The translations under genes were made by a program, and so were the position numbers. Of a DNA stretch of 64,000 nt, positions 38,164 to 50,052 are shown in pieces. Below the pieces are notes generated by a model. It had not been told where the DNA came from and made no database searches. It was given only the letters and a program-made list of their open reading frames with translations. This DNA comes from Chiloscyllium plagiosum (Eukaryota), in assembly GCF_004010195.1 (NCBI RefSeq), contig NC_057718.1, positions 35,416,161 through 35,480,160 on the forward strand. The letters run 5' to 3'. Every line of letters starts with the position of its first letter. Positions within the stretch are counted from its first letter, which is position 1.

Positions 38164-39332
38164 CCTGGAGAGGAAAAAAAAATAGCACACACAGGGCCAT
38201 GGGGAAACAGGCCAGCAGAGACAGGAAATTTCCGGACATTTCCTCCCTGCCTTAATGGCAAAAATCTTGCCCTTAGTCTCACAATAAATGCTTGCCAGCT
38301 AAAGACAATTATAGCCTTGATAAAATCCCGCCAAATGAAAATACAATTGAAAACCTTAAAGCAGCTACGTGGCAAAACATTATTGAATTCATTTATCTCC
38401 TAAAATATTTCAATTTTTCTAAATTTAATCATTTGTTATCCTGTGATAAGGCTGAGCACCAAATGAATGAAATGGAAAAGAAATCAACTAAATATCTTCC
38501 AATTAAGTGAATAACAATTGCTTTATAAAATTAAATATTATAAATGAGTACTTTGCTTATTTTGATTTTATGACTAGATGAGTAAGTTCAAATGAATTAT
38601 TCTTCAGCTTAATCTAACCAGCGAACTTGACAGTCAGTACTTGGCATTCAGTCGTGGAAAGTCAAATTGCAAATGTCATATCTTATTAAAAACAGCATGC
38701 TGCAATCTGTAAATCATTGTCATGTCCTGTGAGCAGACACTTTAAAGGTTCTGAGATTATTATCATGGAAACAAAACTGCATCAACATAAATGCATGTCA
38801 TTATTGCTAACAATAAATTATAAGTAAAATCTGAGCACACTGACAGCTGCATTTTGCCATTGAAAGTACAAATTATAGGAATCAGAAGAAATAAGACCTG
38901 CAATCCAGTAAAGAGCTGATCTTCCAAATAATATGAAAGGCGCAATACTTATTTTTGTCAAGAAAAGCTAAGTATTGTGTGTCAGTCAGGAGCTTTTTCA
39001 CTTCCAGTTTTGATCTGTGTGCCCTCCAACACTGGATGAAGAAAATATTCAGCAGCTGTAATGGCAATACAAATGGCCAAAAATTGTGGAAGGAGCTTAT
39101 AGGTATGAATGTTAAATTGCACAGGAATTTTGTCAGTCATATCATACACATTTTCAATTATGGCTTGATCATGCTTCTACTTACAAGGCAACTTACACCT
39201 TCTTAAGGAAATAAGAGGAGTGTCTAATTCATTTTGAGGTCATGACAATATTCTGTTTTTTTTCAATATGAGCATTGAACACTCACATATTTACTGCTGT
39301 AAAGGTTTAATTTAAATCCACCTGCTGAAATG

Positions 39333-39402
39333 TGATGCTCCAAAAACTAGTGCTTCCAAATAAACCTGTTGGACTATAACCTGGTGTAGTGTGATTTTTA
39401 AT
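39333..39402 (+). mobile_element. Partial copy of the 18802 PLE-terminus family
   Basis: 'gctccaaaaactagtgcttccaaataaacctgttggactataacctggtgtagtgtgatttttaa'. Confidence 0.8.
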
Positions 39403-40414
39403 TTAAAGCTACCAGCTTTATAAATAAGTCCAGCTGCTTATTTCAAGCAGATCTGTTTTGTAAACCTTACTTGCTGTGAAGCTTTTACGTAAAAAATACT
39501 GCTATCTGACTGTGCTAATACAAGAGATGATTTTCAGAAATGATATTGACCATCTGTATGATTGCTGTGTTGTCACACCTCAAAAGGTTATCACTGCTGT
39601 CAACCAATTCAGCGAATGAACCGTGACTGGCACTTTTCACCACATGACTTCACAGTTCTTGCCCAATTGCTGTACTGGAGATAGCCAACTCCAAAGGCCA
39701 TGAAATGACGATATTTGCATAGACAGTCTATGGAGGGGACATTGCAATATCACCAAGAATGTTTTGTTATACTCGGGTAAGTCATTACACCAAGCAAATG
39801 TGCAAATGACCATATGATGTTTCTAAGAAAACAAGGAGACTGACTACTAAAGAAATTAACAGGAAATTTCTCTTTATTTTTGCTCTTGGTTTGTCCTTCA
39901 GCAGATCTGTCCCATGAGATGGAATTCCTTGGAATCTGATGACTACCACAGTTTAAGACTGTAGAATTAGACTAGACATTTTCCAGTTGAAGTGGACTTC
40001 ATAATGTTTGTGAGATCATATGAAAGAATTCAACTGGGGATACTGACCAAAGATTTCCTTAAAAAATTTTTCCCCTCTGTTCTTGATTTTGCCAACTTAA
40101 ATTGAAGTATAGTTGGAAGTACTTTTCAGAAACAAAAACAGAAAATGCTGGAAATATTCAACAAACAGGCCTTCTCAACATCTATAGATGAGGCACAAGT
40201 GAAACAGTTTCAGGCAAAATTCCACTGCCACTTATTCAAAAGAATGAAGAATGCATCAGCTGTGAATTTTTTTTTAAACTGTGGTGAAAAATGGCACATT
40301 TTGTCAAAACTTTTTGTCATCGGGACAATTCACAAGAAATAATAATATAAAGGGAAAATGAGGCTTATACTGTATGTAAAGGCTTATATGAGGAAAATGA
40401 GGCTTATACTGTCT

Positions 40415-40730
40415 GGGGCGGCACAGTGGCTCAGTGGTTAGCACTGCTGCCTCACAGCACCAGGGTCCTAGGTTTGAGTCCAGCCTTGGGTGACTGCCTG
40501 TGTGGAGTTTGCACATTCTCCCAGTGTCTGCGTGGGTTTCCTCCGGGTGCTTCAGTTTCCTCCCACAGTCCAAAGATGTGCAGGTCAGGTGGATTGGCCA
40601 TGCTAAGTTGCCCACAGTGTTAGGTGCATTAGTCAGAGGGAAATGGGTCTGGGTGGGTTACTCTTCGGAGGGTCGGTGTGGACTGGTCGGGCTGACGAGC
40701 CTGTTTCCACACTGTAGGGAATCTAATCTA
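40415..40730 (+). mobile_element. HE1-type V-SINE
   Basis: Full-length family motifs, tctaatcta tail. Confidence 0.92.
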
Positions 40731-41494
40731 AAGCAGGTGCTGATTTAATAGTAAGTGAACTCTGATTGTTAGAGGTGTTGCTATGGTGAATAGACTAATT
40801 AAATAGTTAAGAGCTATATTAAGAGGTGCAGTGTTCCTTCATTCTTCAAGGAACTGCAACTAGAATGTTAATACTGTAGCTTCTATTAAATAATGCTTGG
40901 CAGCTAATTGCCAGTCAACATGTAATTGGTGCATTCTCCATGGCAACACCTAGACCAACCAGAGTCCACTGGCCGGTCAGTAGGCATTCATGCAGTGTAA
41001 TAAGGCTGTTTGCCTTTTACATTGGCATTTCTTGTGGATTGTTCTGATGAGAGCAAGCCACAAACTTTGATAAATGAAGTTCTTGATATTGCTCCCTCTC
41101 CTTGATTTCTGTTAGGGTACACACACAAATATCTATAAAGAAAATTCTGAATTCTTTGCCTGTTTGATCACTGGATTTCTGAGTTTAATTATTAAACTTT
41201 TTAATGGAATATTCAAAAGCAACCAAGATAAAATCAAGCATTTAGAGGTCCACAGATTGTTACATGAATTGTTAAAATACAGAAGTATATCAAAACTGTA
41301 ACTCAGATTGTCTCAGCATGCTGCATTTTACTCAGAAATTAACCCTATGAATTAGGGAGTGCATCAGTTTTCCAAATACTGTATAGATTTATCCATCCTA
41401 CAAGGTTGAATCATTGCGCATAATGATTAACACATTTCAATTGCTTTAGACTACTGACGATTGTGATGCTATCAATTCCTGTTCTCTGCCTTTT

Positions 41495-41827
41495 CTTTTC
41501 TTTTCACGAGACATAACCATCACTGGCCAGGCTGGCATTTATTATTACACAGAAGGCAGTTAAGTGGGGGTCTGGAGTCACATGTAGTCTAGTGTGTCTG
41601 AAGTCACATGTAGGCCAGACAGGTAAGGAGAGTAGTTGCCTTCCCTGAAGGACATTAGTGAATTAGATGGGTTCTTCTTAACAACTAGCAATGATTTCAT
41701 GGTCACCATCGGACTACTAATTCCAGATTTTTATTAAATTTAAATTCCACTAACTGCCATGGCAAGATTCAAAGCCAGAACATTAACAGGGTTTCTAGAG
41801 ACAATACCACTAGGCCGTTGCCTCCCC
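41495..41827 (-). mobile_element. Second tRNA-derived SINE family (elasmobranch type)
   Basis: Reverse complement of 60582-60927 (ttcactaatgtccttcagggaagg, ggcctacatgtgact.cagac, aataaatgccagcctggcc). Confidence 0.75.
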
Positions 41828-42153
41828 ATTAGATAGGGTCTGCTCCAAACTGTGCTACGGGTGATGTTTGCTTCTGGGATCAATTCTGAGGCAATGATAT
41901 ATTTTGAACATTTCATTCAGGAGTTCATCCTTTTTCAAGGCTTGGTGGTGAACTTCAATTGACCATTGCACTGGGGAAAGCAAGGCAGCCATGCCAGCCA
42001 AGAGGAACACTTCCAAGTTTCATTGTACTTGACAAGTTCAGCTGAAAATATTTGGTGCAGTACCTTACACAGGTGAATTGCCTACTGAAATTTCCAACCC
42101 AAATGCACTAGTGAGGACAATTGGGATCATTCAGTATCTCAGCAAATGCTCTT

Positions 42154-42655
42154 AGAACATAGAACATAGAAAAATAAAGCGCAGTACAGGCCCCTCGGCC
42201 CTCGATGTTGCGCCGATCCAAGCCCATCTAACCTACACTAGCCCACTATCCACCATTTGCCTATCTAATGCCCATTTAAATGCCCATAAAGAGGGAGAGT
42301 CTACCTCTGCTACTGGCAGGGCATTCCATGAACTCACGACTCGCTGAGTAAAGAATCTACCCCCAACATCTGTCCTATACCTACCACCCCTTAATTTAAA
42401 GCTATGCCCCTCGTAATAGCTGGCTTCATACGTGGAAAAAGGTTCTCATGGTCAACCCTATCTAAACCCCTAATCATCTTGTACATCTCTATCAAGTCAC
42501 CCCTAAACCTTCTTTTCTCTAATGAAAACAGCCCCAAGTGCCTCAGCCTTTCCTCATACGATCTTCCTACCATACCAGGCAACATCCTGGTAAACCTCCT
42601 CTGCACCCATTCCAGTGCCTCCACATCCTTCCTATAGTATGGTGACCAAAACTTC
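42154..42655 (-). mobile_element. CR1-type LINE 3' end, little decayed
   Basis: ORF 42391-42657 FWSPYYRKDVEALEWVQRRFTRMLPG..RGDLIEMYKMIRGLDRV; CpGs retained; (ttctatg)n tail. Confidence 0.92.
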
Positions 42656-43499
42656 ACCCCAGTTCACCCCACATTGGGTTGTATTTGATTCCAGATCAGT
42701 AGCAATATGGTTGACTCTTATCTGTCCTCTGCCATGACTTAACGAGCCACTGTCATAGAAAGAGTAACAAACATTGGCCTTGCCAATGAACTAAATGACA
42801 GAGTGATTAGAATCGGGAATGTGGTGTTAGCTGGAATTGGAATCATAGAATCTTTTCAAGACAGTAGACTGGAGATTTCTATCCTATCAGTCTCCACCAT
42901 AACCTATCTGTAATTTCTAGTCTGATATAACAGAAATAGATTAACATAATGGCAGCATTTACTGTTCACATGCTCCTAACAAGATTCACATCACCATGCT
43001 TATTTATTCACAGTAAAAAGGAAATCAAACATGCCAGGGATTCGTAAACATCTTCCCTTTGGAGACAATCTGTGGAAACACATTAAGGTTTCTGTAGATA
43101 AGGACATCATTTCCTGGATTGATCAATTTGATACAGCAAGTAGATGTTTTGATTCATGGATTCATCAGTTAGCAGTTTGGAATTCAAAAGGAGTATGTTT
43201 AAATTAATGCACTCTGGCAAGAGATATATCACTGCTAAATTAGAAACCATGTGATTATTTATCTTCAAGTGGCTTTAAACTGATAGGACACGATTCCTCC
43301 CTCCCTCACTGTGTTGAGGAAGGAGGCAGGAACGGCAAATAATTGGGCTGGTTTGGTTGTAAGAAATCCTCTCTCCTTGTCCCAACACTTCAACAATTCA
43401 GTTCAGTAGGAAGGTCCCTGGGTGATCCTCTCAACCGACCGACATTTATAACCCTTCAGTGATCAATTGATGATTCGTTAACTAGTCACTTGTCTTTCT

Positions 43500-45180
43500 A
43501 CAGAAACACGGAAGTTATAATGGAGAATGAAAGATGGCTGACCAATTAAATATATAGTTTGGTTCTTACTTCACAAAGGAGGACACAAATAAGGCCACCA
43601 AAATGTTAGGGAATACAGGGTCTAGTGAGAGGGAGGAACTAAAGGAAATCATTATTACCAGGGAAATGGTGTCGGAGCAATTGATAGGATTAAAGGCTGA
43701 TAAATCCTCAAGGCCCAATAATCTACATCTCAGTGTAATTAAGGAAGTGGCCTGAGAAATACTGGATGTATTGGTAGTCATCTTCCAAGATTCTATAGAT
43801 GCAGGAACAATTCCTATTGATTGCAGGGTAGCTAATATAATCACACTATTTAAAGAAGGAGATAGAGAGAAAACAGATAATGATAGATCAGTTAACTCGA
43901 CCTCGGTAGTACTGAAAATGGGACAATCCATTATGAAAAATTTAATAGCACTTGGAAAACAGTGACAGGATCAGACAGAATCGGCATGGATCGATGCTTA
44001 TCAAATCAATTTAAGGTTTTTTAAGGATGTAACTAGTAGAGTTGATAAGGAGGAGCCAGTGAATATGATTTATTTGAATTTTCACTAAGGTCCCATGAGA
44101 CAATAACGTATAAAACTACCTGCATGGGTTTCGGGGTAGTGTACTGACATGGATATAGAACTAGTTGGCAGACAGGAAACAAAGACTAAGAATAAATGAC
44201 GTAATTTTCCAAGTAGCAGCCAGTGACGAGTAGTTAACACAGGGATCTGTATTTGGGCCCCACCTATTCACAACACATTAAAGACTTAGGTGAGAGAAGT
44301 ACAAGTAGTAGCGTCAAGTTTGCAAATGACACAAAGCTGGGTGGACTGGGTGAGCTGTGAGGAGGATGCAGACATGATTCAGTGTGATTTGGACAAATTG
44401 AAGGACTGGGCAAATGCAGGCCAGTGAGGTACAATATGATTAAATATGAGGTCATCCACCTTGAGAAGCAAAAACAGGGAGGCAGATTATTATCTGAATG
44501 GCACTAGATTGGCAAGGGGAAGGGAAACTGTATGACAGGTGTTGAAAGAAAGCGTGTAGGTTCAGCAGGCAATGAAGAAGGCAAATGGTGTGTTGGCTTT
44601 CAGGGCAAGTGGGATGTCTTGCAGCAATTGTACAGGGCTTTAATGAGAACACATCTGCAGTATTGTTTGTGGTTTGAGTCTCCTTATCTGAGGAAGGATG
44701 TTCTGGTTACAGATGGAGTGCAACAAAGGTTTGCCAGACTGATTCCTGGGATGACAGTATTGACATACGGAGAGAGACTGGATTGGTTAGAACTATACTC
44801 ACTGGAGGTTAGAAGAATGAAGTGGGCTGTCATAGAAACCTATCAAATTCCAACAGTATTAGACAGGGTAAACACAGCAAGGCCTTTCCCAATGCCCCGG
44901 GAGTTCAGACCAGGGGTCACAATCTAAGGATATGAATAGAACTGAGATGAGGAGAAATAGTGGTAAGCCTGTGGAATTCTCTGCCACAGACAGCATTCGA
45001 AGCCAGAATACTGCATGGTTTTAGAAGAAGTTAAATACACTTCTTAAGGCTAAAAGGATCAAAGGATATAGGGAGAAAGCCAGAACAGGTACTGAGTTGA
45101 ATGATCAGCCATGATCATAAAGAACAGTGGAGCAGGCTCAAAGGGCTGAATGGCCTATTCCTGCTCCTATTAGCTATATT
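43500..45180 (+). mobile_element. CR1-type LINE, old decayed copy
   Basis: IFQDSIDAGTIPIDCRVANIITLFKEG, KFANDTKLGG, VQQRFARLIPGM; 3' UTR gatcagccatgatc..aagggctgaatggcct. Confidence 0.88.
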
Positions 45181-47179
45181 TCCACTTTTCAGAAATAACC
45201 TGTTAAAACTCCAAACTATCAGCCCAAAATTAGATGTGGTACAATATTTTCCTTCAGCTAAACGGTACATTTATTAACTCCAGCTTTGAGTTGGTCCCAC
45301 TGAAACTCTGCAACTGACTAAAATGTGGAAGCAGAAAATGGATAAGGGTTTTGTTTTCAGACTCTTGAAACTTTGCATTTTGCACTTCTTGCCAAGAGCA
45401 ATAGGAGCAACACCTCTTGAATTGCTGCCAAGCGTTTGATTCCACCCGATGAGCTCTCTTTTATGAATTGCATGTTCATACTACTGCCATACTCTGCTTG
45501 TCCATACAAGATCTCTAAGCAGTGTTCCCAGCTCTGTGGAAGTTATATCTCACATTCCTGAACAAGGCTACATGTGCTACAGGCTGGAGCACAATGTACC
45601 TACAATCATCCCTTGGAGGCCTGTTATTCTCCAGTCCTTCAGAAAGCTTTGCTCTGACTTCACTCGGGAGGTAGGGATACTTCCTGTCTTTGACATCACA
45701 GTTTGGAAACTCAGCTCAATGACTTAATTTCCATGAATATAGTCAGCATCTTCCCAAAAACTGCAAGGAAGTTCTGCTGAGTTTATTTAATTAAATAAAG
45801 TCAGAGAGTAGCACAGGAAATATTGCCTTATGATCTTCCTCCATAACTTGGCCCCAAGGAAAGCATCAACTCAAAGATATATAATTCAAAACATAAATAG
45901 GGCAAGAGTCTTTTAAAAAATGCCAAGATAAGTGGAGACACTGAGTGAATGAGGATGGAAGAACGTGCATCTCCTGCTATTTTAATGTGACATAATTGGA
46001 GTAAAACTCACTGCTCCACAGGAAAAGAATCTTATAGGGGATCTGAGTGATATGGGCTGTGGTGATATTTGAGGCAGAATCAGGTGATAATCCCAGCGAG
46101 GCCTATTTTGACATCAAGAGCAAATTGCACCATTTTGTAGACTTTTCACAACTGAACTTAGAAATTCTTGTCAGGTAGCTAGAAGATGCTAATTGGCAGC
46201 CATTATTGCTTGTTAAATGTCACGTTAATGGACCAACTTATTAAGATTTGATTCTCCCATCTTATCAACTTCACCATGAAGCTTGATGTTGGTAAAATCC
46301 GAGAAGGAAACCAGAGCAGGTACCTGACGAATTTAGTGCACCTCTTGCTCCGACCAATCTCTATGTTGGACCCTGGGTAGCAACATCTCGGGGCACGATG
46401 CATGGGCACCAGCTGTGCATGCCCTTCATCCACAGGGTATTGGTGTCCAGCATCTGCCAACACACTACAGCCATCGTGGCACCTCTCTGAATACATCTAC
46501 AGGACGGTCAGGAAGCACTACAGGGCACATCAACAACTCACAATGGAAAGCAGCCGCAGGGATACTGTCTCGAACGACAGGTCCCCAGCTCAGGAATTAC
46601 ACTAGGCTGCATCTCAGGGCTTGCTATCTTCATGCTTGTACAATTCGTGTCTAGTCACAGCATCCACTCCTCCCATTGCCTTGCCTTACTTGTTAGCACA
46701 CAGGTGATTAAGCCAGAGCCAAAGGCATTCACTGTTGCTGTTTTAAGGTGCTCTTTAGCACGAACGCATAGGCAGGTTGCATGTTCTGCTTGTCGGTGGG
46801 GATCTGTCTGGTGGGAGGAAGTGGGCAATGCACATCCTGGTGAATGGCACACTGAGATGTCAATCTGACACCTAAAGCATGGGCCAGCTGCCTGCACTGA
46901 AAACACACTGCACATTCATTCAAAGTAATGGCCACTTCAGAAGCTGTGGGGGCGATTCCTCAGTTCAGTCAAGGAGAGTGTCGATATGGGTCAGGGTGTC
47001 ACAAGACCATTGGTCATGGGCACAATCTGCATACAGACCAGGGAAGCGAACACTCCCAGCTGTCTGTTTGGGACACTCACATTCAGGGGACATGTCCCAA
47101 CAAACCTCCTGGGAACGGGCAGTGGTCAGTCCTGTGGGGTCACCACAAACAGAAAGTGATTGGGCCATTATGTGTCTTC

Positions 47180-47782
47180 AAGGAGGGTAGATATAGCTCT
47201 TGTGGCTGAGGGGATCAAGGGATGCAAGGGAGTGTGGGATTAGGGTGTAGAACTCGATGATTAGTCATAAACACATCGAATAACAGAGCAGGCTCAAGGG
47301 ATTGAACAGCCTACTCCTGCTTATGAGGAGAGGTTGACTATACCCATTGGAATTTAGAAGAATGAGGGGGAATCTTATGGAAACATATAAAATTAGAAGG
47401 GAAGAGACAAGTTAGAAGGGAGGTTGTTTCCACTGTTGGGTGAAATTAGGAATAGGGGGCTGAGCCTCAAAATAAGAGGGAACAGATTTTGGACGGAGCT
47501 GAAGAGAAACTTATTCACTCAAAGGGTGAATCTGTGGAATTCCTTGCCCAGTAAAGCAGTTAAGGCGACTTCGTTGAATGTTATTAAGGAAAAGATAGAT
47601 TTTTGAACAGTACAGTAAAGGAATTAAGGGATACGGTGGGAGGACAGGCAAGTGGAGCTGAGTCCATGAAAAGATCAGCCATAATCGTATTGAATGGCGG
47701 AGCAGGCTCGAGGGGCCAGATGACCTACTCCTGCCCCCAATTCTTATCTGCTTATGCTCCTATCTTCTATGTTTCTATGTTT
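47180..47782 (+). mobile_element. Two adjacent CR1-type 3' fragments
   Basis: Tail ending 'cagcctactcctgct' (~47320) followed by a second fragment (FPLLGEIRNRGLSLKIRG..LKRNLFTQRV..LWNSLP) ending 'tatgtttctatgtt'. Confidence 0.8.
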
Positions 47783-47965
47783 CCCCCAGACAAATGATAC
47801 ACGGTTCTGGTGATTGCTTGTAATGGCTGCCCAGTCCCATTACAAGCAATGTAAGTGTCCCTCAGATAAACATGCAGAGCTCACCATTTAAACTCATACA
47901 CAATGGACCACCAATACCCTGGGCTTGCAACCTAGCAAAAAGAAAGCAGGCTGATAAGAAGAAAG

Positions 47966-48923
47966 ACTAAACATAGGGAGCTAAAATGGAGGAAAATTCT
48001 GCAGAAGCTGAAAATCTGAAATAAAAATCAAAAATGCTGGAAATACTCAGCAGGTCAACTAAAGGTTTCTCGCCCTGAAACATTAACACTGATTTCTTTC
48101 TCCACAGATGCTGCCTGATTCTCCACAGATACCTGTAGTTAACTCATCTTCTGAGTATAAATCAAACTTACTTTACTAAGGGGATGAAAGATTATTGGAA
48201 CGTACAGGATATGTAGGAATGTAGAGTTGAGGTTAAATTCAGATCAGTCAGGATCTTATTAAATGGTGGAGCAAGGTCAATTGGGCAAGCGGCCTACTCT
48301 TGTTTGTTGTTCATATGCTCGTATGTTAAAGAGTTTGAAATAGAAACTAAAAGTTATAAAATGAAATGTAAATCAAAAATGCTGGAAATACTCAGCAGGT
48401 CAACTAAAGGTTTCTCGCCCTGAAACATTAACACTGATTTCTTTCTCCACAGATGCTGCCTGATTCTCCACAGATACCTGTAGTTAACTCATCTTCTGAC
48501 CTGCTGAGTATTTCCTGCACTTTTGATTTACATTTCATTTTATAACTTTTAGTTTCTATTTCAAACTCTTTAACATACGAGCATATGAACAACAAACAAG
48601 AAATACTAAACATAGGGAGCAAAAATGGAGGAAAATACTGCAGAAGCTGAAAATCTGAAATAAAAATCAAAAATACTCAGCAGGTCAGAAGATGAGTTAA
48701 CTACAGGTATCTGTGGAGAATCAGGCAGCATCTGTGGAGAAAGAAATCAGTGTTAATGTTTCAGGGCGAGAAACCTTTAGTTGACCTGCTGAGTATTTCT
48801 CGCCCTGAAACATTTAATAAGATCCTGACTGATCTGAATTTAACCTTAACTCTACATTCCTACATATCCTGTACGTTCCAATAATCTTTCATCCCCTTAG
48901 TAAAGTAAGTTTGATTTATACTC
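47966..48923. repeat. Complex inverted and direct local duplication of PLE-terminus and CR1-tail blocks
   Basis: Four blocks each present 2-3 times in both orientations with near identity (see findings). Confidence 0.9.
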
Positions 48924-48989
48924 TCTAAAATATACAATGATTCAGATGGCATTGTATGTTCCCTTTAGGGAAGCAGAGAAAAAGATGGA

Positions 48990-49350
48990 AGATGGTGGTT
49001 TAGCTGTAATGTCATTGGACTAGTAAGGCTGGGGCCCAGTCTAATGGTCTGGGAACAGGGGCTGAAATCTCACCATGTGATTTGTTGGAATTTAAATTCA
49101 ATAAATACACCTGGAGTATAAATCAAGCTCCAACCATGACCATGAAACTACCATCAAATGTCATTAAAAAAAGTTAGTTCAATAATGATAAAATTCCTTT
49201 CAAGAGGAAGTCTACACATGGTTCCACAGCAACAAGGATGTGATTACATTTGAGATGAAAGCAAGCTATTTAGTACAATGAAAATTGGGGATGACCAGTA
49301 AAGACTGGCCTTGACAGGAAGACTCACATCTTATGAATGAATGAGGGGAA
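48990..49350 (+). mobile_element. Second tRNA-derived SINE family, decayed
   Basis: 'gtaatgtcattggactagtaa...gaaatctcaccatg...aatttaaattcaataaa' as at 60582. Confidence 0.65.
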
Positions 49351-49619
49351 AAACAAATGATGTCTTCATCCTATCCTATGTGGTCACTCTTCAAATGTGA
49401 ACTCAGGACTCATGGCAGATGTGGGAGATTGAAAATAGACTCTCGTGACAAGGTGACAGTGGAGTAGGCTCCTAAGGTGAAACCCATCTGCTTTGTCAGT
49501 TTCCTTTCTACTTTTCTTCTTTTTGTTTTGTTCTCCTTTTTCTTCTTTCTACTTTTCTCTCTAATTACCTCTATTCCTTGGATGGCATCAGTGATGGAGA
49601 GGTGAACCAGCACTGAATC

Positions 49620-50052
49620 AAAGGACTCCTGGCCTCAGGGAAGCCCAGCGTAGACTCCCAGACTTGAGGAAGGCTGGCATGGACTCCTGGACTTGAGGTG
49701 AATACCAACGTAGACACCCTGCTTTAGAAAGACTGTAGTGCTGAACTTTTACCTTTATTTATTCATTTTTCTGATTGATACTTAAGATTTTGCACCTAGA
49801 TATCTTTGTACGTAAGATGGCACAGGAAATGGTGAGTTTGTACATTTTTTGCAGTAGTCATGCATCAGTTGAGTACATGTGACAATAAACCTAATTGTAA
49901 TTCTAATTTTTTGAGTTGTATCTCTTTCTTTTAATTCTTAAACTATTCAAAATGGCACCGGATTGTGGCCACAGTTGAAACTTGTCACTGTTTGTTACTG
50001 TATTATTCACTATAAATTGCAAGTGACAATAAATCATTCAATTCAATTCAAA
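49620..50052 (+). mobile_element. Retroposon 3' ends in tandem (same family as 36148), with short internal tandem repeats
   Basis: ggactcctgg repeats at 49623-49715; two successive 'aa.atggc...gtgacaataaa' ends with (taattc)/(ttcaa)n tails. Confidence 0.55.

Noticed and set aside
45400..45435. WQQFK peptide shared with the ORF near 61770
   Set aside because: Only about 14 nt of similarity; consistent with chance
46300..47170. GC-richer segment with overlapping short ORFs, possible transposase or LINE relic
   Set aside because: No diagnostic motif recovered in the frames examined
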